Position numbers and translations under genes: made by a program. This document shows, one piece after another, positions 24,816 through 37,567 of a stretch of DNA of 64,000 nt; the stretch's first letter is position 1, and each line of letters begins with the position of its first letter. Location of the stretch: contig JAKBAB010000001.1 of NCBI GenBank assembly GCA_021815645.1, positions 47,974 to 111,973 of the forward strand. The letters are read 5' to 3'. The stretch comes from Actinomycetes bacterium. Its GTDB lineage: Bacteria > Actinomycetota > Acidimicrobiia > Acidimicrobiales > RAAP-2. The notes beneath the pieces were generated by a model, which worked only from the letters and a program-made list of their open reading frames with translations, made no database searches and was not told the DNA's origin.

Positions 24816-25111
24816 GGGGCGTCCAAAATCCGCGGCACGGCAAAGCGGTGGTCGCTGACGTCGGGCGCTTCGCTCAAGACGACGTCGCGATCGAGACTGG
24901 GGCGGATTTCGTCTGGTCGTACGACGTTTCTCAGTTGGAAGGGGTGCGCGGTCGCGGCCACCCCCGACAGGTCGAGTGCGGCGATGTCCTGCGCGTGGTC
25001 GAGAATCTGACCGAGCTGCTCGGTAAAGGTGTCTAACTCTTCGTCGCTGAGCCGCAGGCGCGCCAATCGCGCAACTTTGGCGACTTCGTCGCGACCAATC
25101 GCGGGGGCCAC
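24812..25111 (-). CDS. gatC: Asp/Glu-tRNA amidotransferase subunit C
   Basis: EVAKVARLARLRL...VVRPDE...FAVPRIL. GTG overlaps the upstream stop (TAGTG). Confidence 0.93.
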   Translation of the reverse strand: MAPAIGRDEVAKVARLARLRLSDEELDTFTEQLGQILDHAQDIAALDLSGVAATAHPFQLRNVVRPDEIRPSLDRDVVLSEAPDVSDHRFAVPRILDAP

Positions 25112-25860
25112 TAGCGAAGAACTCGCGCCAGGAAGTCCACGGTGAGCGCCGTGACGAGGTCTTGGTCGAAGTCGAGCGTGGCGACGTGGTAGGAGTTCTC
25201 GAGCCAAACTCGCTCAACCGGACCGCGTACGCGCGCGACGAGCTCGTCGCCGTTATCGGGCGTCACCACGTGGTCCTCGCGACTCGAGAACAGTAGACAC
25301 GGGGCGGTTATTCGCTCCAGGTCTCGTTGCACCTGCGCCAACCCTTCAAAGAGGCTCTTGGCCGCGCGCAGCGGCGTCGCGTCGTAGGAGGTCCCAACGA
25401 CACCCTCACGCTTGATATCCGAGCCAATGGCTTCGTAGGACTCGATACCCGCGGCGAGGAGCTGTTCGAGACCGTCAATGATCTCCGGTGCGGGCGGCTT
25501 CACGACGGGGTTGATAAAGACGCACCCCGCGACGACGCGTCGCGCGCTCAGGTACGCACTGAGCGCGCCGCCCATCGACAACCCGACCACCGCCACGTTC
25601 GAACAGTGCTCCGCGAGCACGTCGTACGCGCGCAGCGCTTCGTCGACCCACTGGGTCCAAGTAGCGCTCGCCAGGTCCTCCACGGAGGTACCGTGCCCGG
25701 GCAGGCGGGGCATCTCAACGGAGAAACCAGCGGCCACGGCGCCCTCGGCGAGGGGTCGAACTGTGGAGGGATTGCCGGTAAACCCGTGCAGTACCAGCAC
25801 GCCGCCGGGGCCCCCACGGTGCGAAAGCGGTTCACAGCCGGGCAGGACGTTGGCGCTCAC
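25111..25860 (-). CDS. Carboxylesterase / monoacylglycerol lipase-like alpha/beta hydrolase
   Basis: LHGFTG, LPGHG, GLSMGG (Ser), EDHVV (Asp), SYHVATLD (His). Confidence 0.92.
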   Translation of the reverse strand: MSANVLPGCEPLSHRGGPGGVLVLHGFTGNPSTVRPLAEGAVAAGFSVEMPRLPGHGTSVEDLASATWTQWVDEALRAYDVLAEHCSNVAVVGLSMGGALSAYLSARRVVAGCVFINPVVKPPAPEIIDGLEQLLAAGIESYEAIGSDIKREGVVGTSYDATPLRAAKSLFEGLAQVQRDLERITAPCLLFSSREDHVVTPDNGDELVARVRGPVERVWLENSYHVATLDFDQDLVTALTVDFLARVLR

Positions 25861-25870
25861 GGCCTCAAGA

Positions 25871-27490
25871 CTACCGGAGGCGATTGCGGGCCCCTCGGCG
25901 CGGGCGAGGTACCGAGCGTAAGAAGCCGGCCGTCGCGACGGCCAACGCGCTCACCGCCGCGGCGAGGACGAAGGGAGTACGAAAGGTGCTCAACAGCGCC
26001 GGGCCCGCCGCCGCGTGGGCCAGGCCGCGCGAGCGGGCCGCACTCTGTTGGATGGTTTCGAGAACCTCAATACCCGCCACTTCTCCAACCTGCATAGCTA
26101 GCAGTTGGGCCGCCGACATCACTCCGAACTCCGACACCTTCACCTCAGAGGCCATGACCGAGCTAGTCGACGGCATCGCGACGCCCATCCCGAGTCCCGA
26201 CAGGGCGAGGGCGATCGCGACCAACCACGCGCCGCTAGTCGGTTGGAGGAGCGCGAACAGGGCCATGGAGCCGGTCAGAAAGAGGGCCCCGGCCAGCGCG
26301 CTGGCCCGCTCGCCGACGCGAACGGCCGCGTAGCCCGCTAGGGGCGAAGAGAGGGCGAAGGTGAGCGGTCGCGCGATCGCGAGCGCGCCCACCCGAGGGA
26401 TGGAGTAGCCGTAACCCTGCTCCATGAGAAGGGGGAAGAGAAAGAATCCACCGAAGTACGCGAAGTTCGCGCAGGCCCGCAACACCATCGGCATCACGAA
26501 ATTACGGCGCGCGAAGTAGTAGGCCGGAATCAGCGGGTGCGCAGCGTGGCGTAGGCGGTACACGAATAGCGCCGCGGTGAAGACCCCCGCGACGAACAGC
26601 GCCAGGGTCACTTCGCTGGCCCACCCCTGCGACGGTCCGAGGGAAAGTCCGAGCATCACCAGGGTCACCGAGATCGACAGCGACGCGCTACCGAGCCAAT
26701 CGAGTTGGTGGAACTCAGCGCGGGCTTGGGCCTGGGCCCGGGCGGCCGCTTCTCGCGACGTACGGGCTCGCGGCAATACCACCGCCACGACCGCGAGCGC
26801 CCCCGCGAGGACGACGAGTTGGAACCAAAAGAGCGCGCGCCACCCGAAGGCGGCAATAATGGGCGAGCCGAGCGAGACTCCGATGACCGGCCCCCCGGCC
26901 CCCACGAGGCTCCACCACCCCAGCGCCTTCACGCGCTCTTCGCGCGAAAAGGCCGCGTTGATGAGTGCCCCCGACGCCGTACCGGTGGCCGCCCCCTGGA
27001 CTCCGTCGAGCGTTCTGGCGACGAGCAACATATCGACGTTGTGCGATAGGGCGGTAAGCAGCGCCGAAACCATCGCACCGGCCAAGCCGATGAGGTAGAG
27101 GCGGCGATGGCCGTAGATATCGCCCGTCTTGCCCAGCAGGGGCGCGGCCAGTCCGTAGGCGAGGAGGGGGCCCACCATGGTCCAGGTGAGGACGCTCACC
27201 GACGAGTGGAACTGGCTCGCCACCGTGGGCAGGGCGACTATGAAGACGGTGAAAGTGAAGTTAAGCGCGAATAGCCCCGCGAGTAGCGACCAGAGAACCC
27301 ACCAGGAGTAACGCGAAGACGCGGCCGCGCGAAGTTGGACTCGCTGACGCAAGAGCGAGAACCAGTTGAGGTCGCTTCCGGCCTCGCTGCCCAGCGTGCC
27401 GAAAGCGGCCCCCGCCGGGTCCGAGACCGCGCTAAGCAGCCCGTCGGGGTCGTCGCGTTCGAGGTGCGCCGCGGGGCGCTCGGGGTTCAC
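25871..27490 (-). CDS. MFS transporter (DHA2/14-TM-like)
   Basis: GKTGDIYGHRR motif A, ARTLDG motif B, many TM segments. Confidence 0.9.
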   Translation of the reverse strand: MNPERPAAHLERDDPDGLLSAVSDPAGAAFGTLGSEAGSDLNWFSLLRQRVQLRAAASSRYSWWVLWSLLAGLFALNFTFTVFIVALPTVASQFHSSVSVLTWTMVGPLLAYGLAAPLLGKTGDIYGHRRLYLIGLAGAMVSALLTALSHNVDMLLVARTLDGVQGAATGTASGALINAAFSREERVKALGWWSLVGAGGPVIGVSLGSPIIAAFGWRALFWFQLVVLAGALAVVAVVLPRARTSREAAARAQAQARAEFHQLDWLGSASLSISVTLVMLGLSLGPSQGWASEVTLALFVAGVFTAALFVYRLRHAAHPLIPAYYFARRNFVMPMVLRACANFAYFGGFFLFPLLMEQGYGYSIPRVGALAIARPLTFALSSPLAGYAAVRVGERASALAGALFLTGSMALFALLQPTSGAWLVAIALALSGLGMGVAMPSTSSVMASEVKVSEFGVMSAAQLLAMQVGEVAGIEVLETIQQSAARSRGLAHAAAGPALLSTFRTPFVLAAAVSALAVATAGFLRSVPRPRRGARNRLR

Positions 27491-28368
27491 GAAACCAGTG
27501 TGGGCAGCCGCTCGGCGAGTTCGTTAACCGTCCAACGATCGTCGCGCTCTAGGGCGTCGGTCATGGTCCAGTTTTTAAATCGACGGACCGTACCGCCGTG
27601 CACGAAAAAGACCTCGCCGGTGATGGCGCAGTCGACCTTCGCGAGCGCGGCCACCAGCGGCGAAACGTTCGCTGGATCCCAGCTGTCGAAAACGGCCGCG
27701 TCGGTCGGCCGTTCGACGACGTCGGAGAGGCCGGGGGTGGACTCGGTCATGCGGGTTCGCGCCGCCGGCGCAATCGCGTTAACGCGCACGCCGTATCGCG
27801 CCAGTTCCTCGGCGACGATTACGGTGAACGCCGCGATCCCGGCCTTGGCCGCGCCGTAGTTGGACTGTCCGACGTTGCCGAGCAGGCCGGAAGTCGACGA
27901 AGTATTGATAATCGACGCTTTCACGTCGTGACCGGACTTCGCGCGCTCGCGCCAGTACGCCGCGGCGTGTCGCGTCGGCACGAAGTGACCTTTGAGGTGG
28001 ACGTTGACCACGGCGTCCCAGTCCGCTTCACTGAGATTTACCAGAACGCGGTCTCGCAAGATCCCCGCGTTGTTGACCAGGACGTGCAGGTCCCCGAACG
28101 CCTCCAGAGCGCTCTCGATGAGCCGCTCACCGCCCGCCCACGTCGCGACGTCGTCGTGATTCGCCACCGCCTCGCCGCCCATGCGGCGAATCTCTTCGAC
28201 GACCTCTTCGGCCGGCGTGGCCGCCGCCGACGAGCCGTCCAGTGCCCCACCGAGATCGTTCACGACAACTTGAGCGCCTTCGGCGGCGAACAGGAGGGCG
28301 TGCTCACGTCCGATTCCTCGACCGGCCCCCGTTACGACGGCCACCCGCCCGTCCAGTGCTCCCATCAC
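27487..28368 (-). CDS. Short-chain dehydrogenase/reductase
   Basis: TGAGRGIG, NNAGILRD, YGAAK. Confidence 0.93.
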   Translation of the reverse strand: MMGALDGRVAVVTGAGRGIGREHALLFAAEGAQVVVNDLGGALDGSSAAATPAEEVVEEIRRMGGEAVANHDDVATWAGGERLIESALEAFGDLHVLVNNAGILRDRVLVNLSEADWDAVVNVHLKGHFVPTRHAAAYWRERAKSGHDVKASIINTSSTSGLLGNVGQSNYGAAKAGIAAFTVIVAEELARYGVRVNAIAPAARTRMTESTPGLSDVVERPTDAAVFDSWDPANVSPLVAALAKVDCAITGEVFFVHGGTVRRFKNWTMTDALERDDRWTVNELAERLPTLVS

Positions 28369-28407
28369 GTCTCCTCTACTTGGTTCTTTGAGTGTACCGA
28401 CGCGGCG

Positions 28408-28704
28408 TTAGCTCGGCGGCGCCTTCCACGCAAACGGCGGTCGCGCGTGGGCGTGGTAGTGCTCGGGGATGTTGCGCATGTGATCGTCGATGCGCCAGTC
28501 GCCGTCGGCGAAGCGCGTGGTCGCGACGTCGCGCAGGGCGTCGTGGAGGCGCCGCTTCACTTCGGGCGGCGGAGTCGCGTCGTGCACTCGCCACACCACC
28601 ATCGGCACTAAGCAGATCTCGCAGTCACCGATCCAACACTCGTCGTTGGCGAAGTAGCGCTTCGTCACTACGGCGGCCTCGCAGAGATCGCACGGGGCGT
28701 TCAC
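28408..28704 (-). CDS. Small HIT-like zinc-binding protein
   Basis: CDLC and CEIC pairs plus C-terminal HYHAH. Confidence 0.72.
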   Translation of the reverse strand: MNAPCDLCEAAVVTKRYFANDECWIGDCEICLVPMVVWRVHDATPPPEVKRRLHDALRDVATTRFADGDWRIDDHMRNIPEHYHAHARPPFAWKAPPS

Positions 28705-28705
28705 G

Positions 28706-30496
28706 TCAGCGCACTCGCAAGGTCACGGTCGATCTATAGGGCACCACCGTACCGGCCTTGGGACTCTGAGAAATAACGTAGGTCCACGTCGTGGTATTCG
28801 AATGAGGGCCGGTCGTAGTGAAGTAGAGAACGGCGCGCTTCATCGCCGCGTAGGCGCGCGCGTAGTTGTCCCCCACCACGTTGGGTACCGCGCGCGGGCC
28901 GTTCACCGCGGTCGTGGACGTCGTCGACGTTGCGTGGCGTCCCTTCGAAAGCACCAAAGTAACGGTCGCTCCCCGCGGTACGGCCAACGGGTTACTGGTG
29001 GCGCCGTAGGTTACGCGAGCGACGTCACCGCGGGGCGTCGAGGAGTAGATCGCACGACTGGCGGGGCAGTGGGCCACCACGTGGTGGGCCGTCAGCTGCG
29101 CGGTGGCGCGCGCGCAGCTCTCGCCCACGAGGTGCGCGGGCAACGTCACCGCGGTCGGCCCCGCCGACACGTTGACCCCTATGACCGAACCGGACTTGGC
29201 GCTGGTGCCCGCGGCCGGCGACTGAGTGGCGATGTCGTTTAGAGGAACGTGCGCCGAGACCACCGCATGATTGACGAGCAACGTATATCCGTCCTGAGTC
29301 AAAATCGACGAAGCCTGCGCGACGCTCAACCCGACCAGGGTCGGCACTCGGTGCGTGTTGCTAAAGAGTCCCCCCCGCCACGCGAGCACCGCCGCGACGA
29401 CGACCACCAGGGCCAACCCGGCTAGCGCGTAGTGACCTACGCGTGGGCGCGCTCGCTTCAACGCGTACGAAGAGGCGTCGAATCTCGGGGTGTGAGCCAA
29501 AGCCCGTCGATCACTCGGGCCCCTCGCGGTGGGGCCGACTGCGCGCGACGCACCGACACCGCTCGGTGGGTTCGCCACCATCTCTTCGGGAGAGGGGGGC
29601 TGGAACCCTACGGTGCGCCGTCTCGGCGCCGCGGGCGCGAAGTCCGCCAGGAGCGGACGGCCCTCGGGGACGACACCCACCTCGAAGGGTTGGGCGTCGA
29701 CTACGGCGCCGAGACGTGAAGCGAATTGGGCGGCGCTCAATCGCAGAAGGGGATCGGGGATAGAAGCTTGGGCCAACACCATATCAAGGGTGCCCAGTTC
29801 CGCGCGCACGGGCAGTGGGGCGTTGAGTCGGGCCCGCAACGTCGCTTCGACGGTCGAGCCCTCGAACGGAGTCGTTCCGGTCACGGCCTCGAAGAGTACG
29901 AGAGCGAGCGCGTAAACGTCACTAGCCGCGCTCGCCGATTCGCCGATGGCCTGTTCGGGGGAGTAGTAACGCGCGTCGTTGAGGGAGATACGCTCGCGAA
30001 AGCGCGCGGCGAGACCGCCCACCGCGACGTCTCCGACTCGTACTCGGCCGTCGTCACCGAAGAGCAGCGTCATCGGCGACAGTCCCCCCATAACGAGATC
30101 GTTGTCCTGCAGGTAGGCGAGCGCGCTCGCGACGTCTCGCCCGAGACGGGCCGCCTCTTCCACACTGAGTCGCCGTCCGCGGCCGAGCAGGGTCTCTAGC
30201 GACCCGCCCGAGAGATACTCACCGACCGCGAATATTGTTCCGGACTCCTGGCCCCCGTCGAAGACTTTCGCCACGTGGGGATGACTGAGCGCCGCCGCCC
30301 GAATAATCCGGTCCCGGAAAGCCCGCCGCACTTCTTCGTGCGCGGCCAGCTCACCGCGCAGCGCCTGCACGACGACGGGGCGCGACAACGAGAGATCGTC
30401 AGCGCGGAACAGTTCACTCGACGCGTCGCCGCCGAGCGACGTCCCAATGCGGTAGCGCCCAACGAGTGTGTGTCCGGGGGCGAGTGGCGGGGCCAT
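28706..30496 (-). CDS. PknB-like membrane protein: degenerate Ser/Thr kinase domain, TM, three PASTA domains
   Basis: Kinase scaffold (GRY, LSHPHV, YYSPEQA, SDVYALALVLFE) with catalytic motifs degenerate. TM helix, then PASTA repeats VPTLVG.., LPAHLVG.., VPNVVG.. Confidence 0.88.
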   Translation of the reverse strand: MAPPLAPGHTLVGRYRIGTSLGGDASSELFRADDLSLSRPVVVQALRGELAAHEEVRRAFRDRIIRAAALSHPHVAKVFDGGQESGTIFAVGEYLSGGSLETLLGRGRRLSVEEAARLGRDVASALAYLQDNDLVMGGLSPMTLLFGDDGRVRVGDVAVGGLAARFRERISLNDARYYSPEQAIGESASAASDVYALALVLFEAVTGTTPFEGSTVEATLRARLNAPLPVRAELGTLDMVLAQASIPDPLLRLSAAQFASRLGAVVDAQPFEVGVVPEGRPLLADFAPAAPRRRTVGFQPPSPEEMVANPPSGVGASRAVGPTARGPSDRRALAHTPRFDASSYALKRARPRVGHYALAGLALVVVVAAVLAWRGGLFSNTHRVPTLVGLSVAQASSILTQDGYTLLVNHAVVSAHVPLNDIATQSPAAGTSAKSGSVIGVNVSAGPTAVTLPAHLVGESCARATAQLTAHHVVAHCPASRAIYSSTPRGDVARVTYGATSNPLAVPRGATVTLVLSKGRHATSTTSTTAVNGPRAVPNVVGDNYARAYAAMKRAVLYFTTTGPHSNTTTWTYVISQSPKAGTVVPYRSTVTLRVR

Positions 30497-30520
30497 TGAC
30501 TAAACCCTAGTAAGGAACGT

Positions 30521-33594
<3,074 letters not shown>

Positions 33595-33618
33595 CACCCC
33601 AGTCTGCCAGGCGGCGCG

Positions 33619-34785
33619 CTAACCCCCTTCGTTGAGCGCGTACACGACCCTAGAGAGGATCGCGATGAGCGCCTCCACTTCGTCGGCCGTGGTGTCGGGG
33701 CCCATCGAGAGACGAAGCGACCCGCGGGCGCGAAGGGGGTCAACGCCCATGGCCGCCAAGACGTGGCTACTCACGGCCGCCCCGCTCGAGCAACTCGCGG
33801 CGGCCGACGCGCACACCCCCGCCTGATCCAAGAGGAATAGGACCTCGTCGCTCGCTACACCCGCAAAGGTCACGTGCACCGTGCCCGGCACGCGGGCGGC
33901 GCCCTCGGCGGTAACCCGACCGCCGGGCAGCAGCGCGCACGCCGCGGCGAGAGTCCTTTGTAGATCGCCAACTCGTTCATTCACTTCCACCAGATCGCGA
34001 GCCGTCGCGCGCAGCGCGGTCGCCAGTCCGACCGCCGCGGCCACGTCGAGCGTTCCGCCGCGCCGACCCCGTTCCTGTCCACCGCCGGGCGTTACCGCGT
34101 CCACGCCCACGCCGTGGCGCACAATGAGCGCGCCACTGTTGACCGGCCCACCCAGCTTGTGGGCACAGATCGACACGAGGTCAACGCTCGCCGTGACGAC
34201 CGGGAGGCTGAGCCACGGTGCGGCGGCGACGGCGTCACTGTGCGTGACTAAATCACTTTGTTGATGAGAGTGGGCCAACGCACTAACGGCGTCGAGTGGT
34301 TGGCGAACGCCGGTCTCGTTATTGACGGCCATCACGCTCACGATTGCGGTGTTGGCGCTGAGTTGTTGGGCCAATGATTCGAGGTCGCACACTCCGTCCC
34401 GGTCAACCTCCACGAAGCGAACGGTGACGCCCGCGACGTCACGAGCGAGCTGTTGGGCGGCGTCGAGCACCGCGTGGTGCTCGACGCGCGATACGACTAC
34501 TTCCGAACGGTCGTGGTGTCGTCGATGGTGAGAGGTCGCTCCCACGACGGCCAAATGACACGACTCGGTGCCCCCCGCGGTGAAGATAACCTCCCCCGGG
34601 GCCGCGCCCACCAGGGCCGCGACTTCGTCCCTGGCCTCTTCGATCGCTCGACGGGCCTCGCGGGCGGCGCGGTGGCTACCGGAGGGATTGCCGACGACAC
34701 CGTGCTGCCACCGCCCCATGGCGTCGCTGACCTCCTCGCGCCGGGGTGCGGAGGCGGCGTGGTCGAAGTAGAGCAGTTCGCTCAC
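33619..34785 (-). CDS. Cysteine desulfurase (IscS/NifS-like), adjacent to mnmA
   Basis: YFDHAAS, GNPSGSH, NNETG, AHKLGGP (PLP Lys), SAAASCSSG (catalytic Cys). Confidence 0.92.
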   Translation of the reverse strand: MSELLYFDHAASAPRREEVSDAMGRWQHGVVGNPSGSHRAAREARRAIEEARDEVAALVGAAPGEVIFTAGGTESCHLAVVGATSHHRRHHDRSEVVVSRVEHHAVLDAAQQLARDVAGVTVRFVEVDRDGVCDLESLAQQLSANTAIVSVMAVNNETGVRQPLDAVSALAHSHQQSDLVTHSDAVAAAPWLSLPVVTASVDLVSICAHKLGGPVNSGALIVRHGVGVDAVTPGGGQERGRRGGTLDVAAAVGLATALRATARDLVEVNERVGDLQRTLAAACALLPGGRVTAEGAARVPGTVHVTFAGVASDEVLFLLDQAGVCASAAASCSSGAAVSSHVLAAMGVDPLRARGSLRLSMGPDTTADEVEALIAILSRVVYALNEGG

Positions 34786-36146
34786 GCGACGAAATACGAC
34801 TTTACGTTCGTGAACTCTCTCGTACCCGCGACGGAGAGTTCCCGTCCGAACCCGGAGTTCTTCGTTCCCCCAAAGGGCAGCTCCGGCATCGAGGCCACGA
34901 TCGCGTTCGCGAATACTGTGCCGACCGTGAGTCCTCGGATCGCCCGGTCAATCTCGTCCTCGTCGCGGGCCCAGATCGAGCCCCCTAATCCCCAGGGCGT
35001 GTCGTTCGCGACGCGAATCGCTTCGTCGAGGTCGCCCACCACGTGCACGACCGCGACCGGCCCGAAAAGCTCCTCACGGGCCGCGCGTGAAGTCTCGGGC
35101 ACATCGCGCAACACGGTCGCCGGGTAGTAGTAGCCCCGTTCACCGCCCACGACCCCGCCGGTCAAAACGGCGGCGCCCGCGGCGGCCGACGACGTCACCT
35201 GGGCGTCGAGGAGGTCACGTTGGGCGTGCGACACTAGGGGACCGAGTTCGGTCGCGGGGTCCATGGGATCTCCCGTACGCACCGCGGCCATAGCGGTGAC
35301 GAAGCCGTCGACGAACTCGTCGGCCCGCTCGCGCACGACGATGAATCGTTTGGCCGCGATGCAGGCCTGTCCGTTATTTTGAATTCGCGCGGTGACCGCC
35401 ATCGCCACCGTACGCTCTAAGTCGGCCGAGGGCGCGACGATGAAGGGGTCCGACCCACCGAGTTCGAGAACGCACTTCTTCAAGTGACTTCCGGCCAACG
35501 ACGCCACCACGCGCCCGGCCCTCTCGGACCCGGTGAGCGTCACGCCGACGACACGCCGGTCGGCGATGATCGCCGGCACGTCTTCGATCTCCACGAAGAG
35601 ATTGCTCACCACGCCGGGTTCGACGCCGGCGCGCACGAAGAGCGACTCGAGGTACTTTGCGCAGCTCGGGACGTTGGGTGCGTGTTTGAACGCGACGACG
35701 TTCCCAGCGATCAAGGTTGGGGCCGCCATCCGCACCACTTGCCATAGCGGAAAGTTCCAGGGCATTACCGCGAATATCACCCCGAGCGGCTCGTAGCGCA
35801 CTCCACTACGTGAACCCGACGTCGTAATCGACTCCTCGTCGAGTAGTTCGGGTCCGTTATCGGCGAAGTACCGCAACGTCATTACGCACTTCATCGCTTC
35901 GCCCTTCGCCGCGGCGAAGGTTTTGCCCATTTCACTCGTCATGAGTGCGGCGACGACCGGCACTTCGCTCTCTAAGAGGTCGGCGACGCTACGCAGTAAC
36001 GCCGCACGCTCACGGGCACTGGCGCCACCCCAACGCACGTAGGCGCGGTGGGCGCTCTCAAGTATCTGTTCTATTTCCTCCGGGCGGTGCGTCGCGAAGC
36101 GCGCGACCTCCTCTTCGGTGGCGGGATTGGTCGAGACGAAAGGCAC
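34782..36146 (-). CDS. NAD(P)-dependent succinate-semialdehyde dehydrogenase-like aldehyde dehydrogenase
   Basis: MPWNFPLWQ, LTGSERAG, LELGGSDP, GQACIAAKR, EELFGP, FGGTKNSG. Confidence 0.9.
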   Translation of the reverse strand: MPFVSTNPATEEEVARFATHRPEEIEQILESAHRAYVRWGGASARERAALLRSVADLLESEVPVVAALMTSEMGKTFAAAKGEAMKCVMTLRYFADNGPELLDEESITTSGSRSGVRYEPLGVIFAVMPWNFPLWQVVRMAAPTLIAGNVVAFKHAPNVPSCAKYLESLFVRAGVEPGVVSNLFVEIEDVPAIIADRRVVGVTLTGSERAGRVVASLAGSHLKKCVLELGGSDPFIVAPSADLERTVAMAVTARIQNNGQACIAAKRFIVVRERADEFVDGFVTAMAAVRTGDPMDPATELGPLVSHAQRDLLDAQVTSSAAAGAAVLTGGVVGGERGYYYPATVLRDVPETSRAAREELFGPVAVVHVVGDLDEAIRVANDTPWGLGGSIWARDEDEIDRAIRGLTVGTVFANAIVASMPELPFGGTKNSGFGRELSVAGTREFTNVKSYFVA

Positions 36147-36150
36147 CGCT

Positions 36151-37398
36151 CTAGTCTGCCAGCAATGGTGACGACGTCGTGGGGGTCCCCATAGCTCGCC
36201 AGTAGTTCGGACGGAGAAGTTCGACCGACACTACTAACAGCGCGAGCGCGCCGGCCGCGCCGAGCGTCACGGCCCTCACCCCGGCCAGTTTGGCCGCCGC
36301 GGCCTGCGCGAAGGCGCCGAGGGGGTAGAAAATCGAGAGAGATAGGGTGTAAAGGGCCAGTATTCGTGAACGGGTCTCGCGCGGTGCGTGGACCTGAACC
36401 GAGGTGTTTAACCCGGTCAGCGTGCCTACGTACGCCCCACCGACCAAGACCATCGAAGCCGCCGCGGCCGTCAGATTGGTCGAAAGGCCGTACGCCGCCA
36501 GGGAGACGGCCAGTGTCGCCACCGCCGCGCGCAGTACCGCGAGTCTTGACGTGCGCTGGGCCACCGCGGGTAGCACGAGCGCACCACCTACGGCGCCGAC
36601 GCCCTGGGCGGTGACCAGCCAGGTGGTTCCGGTTTTACCCGCGTGCAGCACGATGATGGCCATCGCTGGGACCAGCGTGATGAAGGGGCTCGCGACGAGG
36701 GCGACGACGCCGACCGCGATGATGGGGTTTCGGCACCCCGCGACGGCCCAGGCGCGTCTCGCGCCCGCGACCGTTTCACTCACGAACCGCACCGGCGTTA
36801 CTATCGGAGCTCGCGGCGCGCTGTGCACGAAGGAAAAGATCACCAGAACGAAGAGAAACGACGCAGCGTTCACGATGAAACACAGAGCGACCGACCCGAA
36901 GGCGAGAGCGACCGCGGCGAACACCGGACCGATGATCCGCCCCAAGTTGAACTGAGCCGACGACAGGGAGACCGCGGCGAGCACTTCGTTCGACTCGACG
37001 AGATCGGGTAACAGCGACTGCCACGCCGCCCACGACGCCGAACCGCACAGTCCCTCGCCCATCGCGAGAAAGCACGCGAGGGGCGGCGAGAGGTGGTGGG
37101 TCCACGCCGCCACGGCGAGCGCACTCGCGGTGGCGGCCATCAAGAAGTTGTTGAGCTGGATCCACCGTTGACGACTCCACCGGTCCGCGACGACGCCCCC
37201 GAGCGGCGAACCGATTACCGCCGGCGTCCAGGCGCTCACCGTTAGCAGTCCTAACCACAATGGGTTATGTGTCGTTTCGGTCAGGTAAATGCCCAACGCC
37301 ACGCTCTGCATCCAAGTGCCCACCGAGGAGACGAACGAAGACGTTAGAGCTAGGGAGAAACTCCCGTGGCGCAGTGGGGCTAGGGTCGCGAACGCCAT
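36151..37398 (-). CDS. MFS transporter (MFS_3/DitE-like)
   Basis: SSVGTWMQ, GVVADRWSRQR, FNLGRIIGP. Confidence 0.9.
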   Translation of the reverse strand: MAFATLAPLRHGSFSLALTSSFVSSVGTWMQSVALGIYLTETTHNPLWLGLLTVSAWTPAVIGSPLGGVVADRWSRQRWIQLNNFLMAATASALAVAAWTHHLSPPLACFLAMGEGLCGSASWAAWQSLLPDLVESNEVLAAVSLSSAQFNLGRIIGPVFAAVALAFGSVALCFIVNAASFLFVLVIFSFVHSAPRAPIVTPVRFVSETVAGARRAWAVAGCRNPIIAVGVVALVASPFITLVPAMAIIVLHAGKTGTTWLVTAQGVGAVGGALVLPAVAQRTSRLAVLRAAVATLAVSLAAYGLSTNLTAAAASMVLVGGAYVGTLTGLNTSVQVHAPRETRSRILALYTLSLSIFYPLGAFAQAAAAKLAGVRAVTLGAAGALALLVVSVELLRPNYWRAMGTPTTSSPLLAD

Positions 37399-37444
37399 CG
37401 CCGTCTTCCCCTTCGGTCAACGATCCGCGAACGGCGCGGGACGT

Positions 37445-37567
37445 TCAGGATTCGTCGCGGTGGCGCCGGGGACGCAGCGCGAACCACCACACCGACAAGA
37501 TGGTGGCCAGGGCGCCCAGCACACCGAGACTCGACTTTACCGCTCGACCTTTTCCGTCGTCCTTCAC
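37445..37567 (-). CDS. Small (40 aa) single-pass membrane protein
   Basis: MKDDGKGRAVKSSLGVLGALATILSVWWFALRPRRHRDES. TACGAT-N6-GTG just downstream of the yceI terminator. Confidence 0.65.
   Translation of the reverse strand: MKDDGKGRAVKSSLGVLGALATILSVWWFALRPRRHRDES

Noticed and set aside
23391-25217. 608-aa extended GatA, and similar long N-terminal extensions of leuB, leuD, serC, ilvB, ligA and the NCS1 permease in the ORF track
   Set aside because: The extensions overlap neighbouring genes or regulatory elements. Homology and RBS/overlap patterns give shorter starts.
27598-28611. Long antisense/alternative-frame ORFs (e.g. 27598-28611, 9197-10015, 61971-62909)
   Set aside because: These are shadows of high-GC codon bias opposite or within real genes, with no recognisable motifs.
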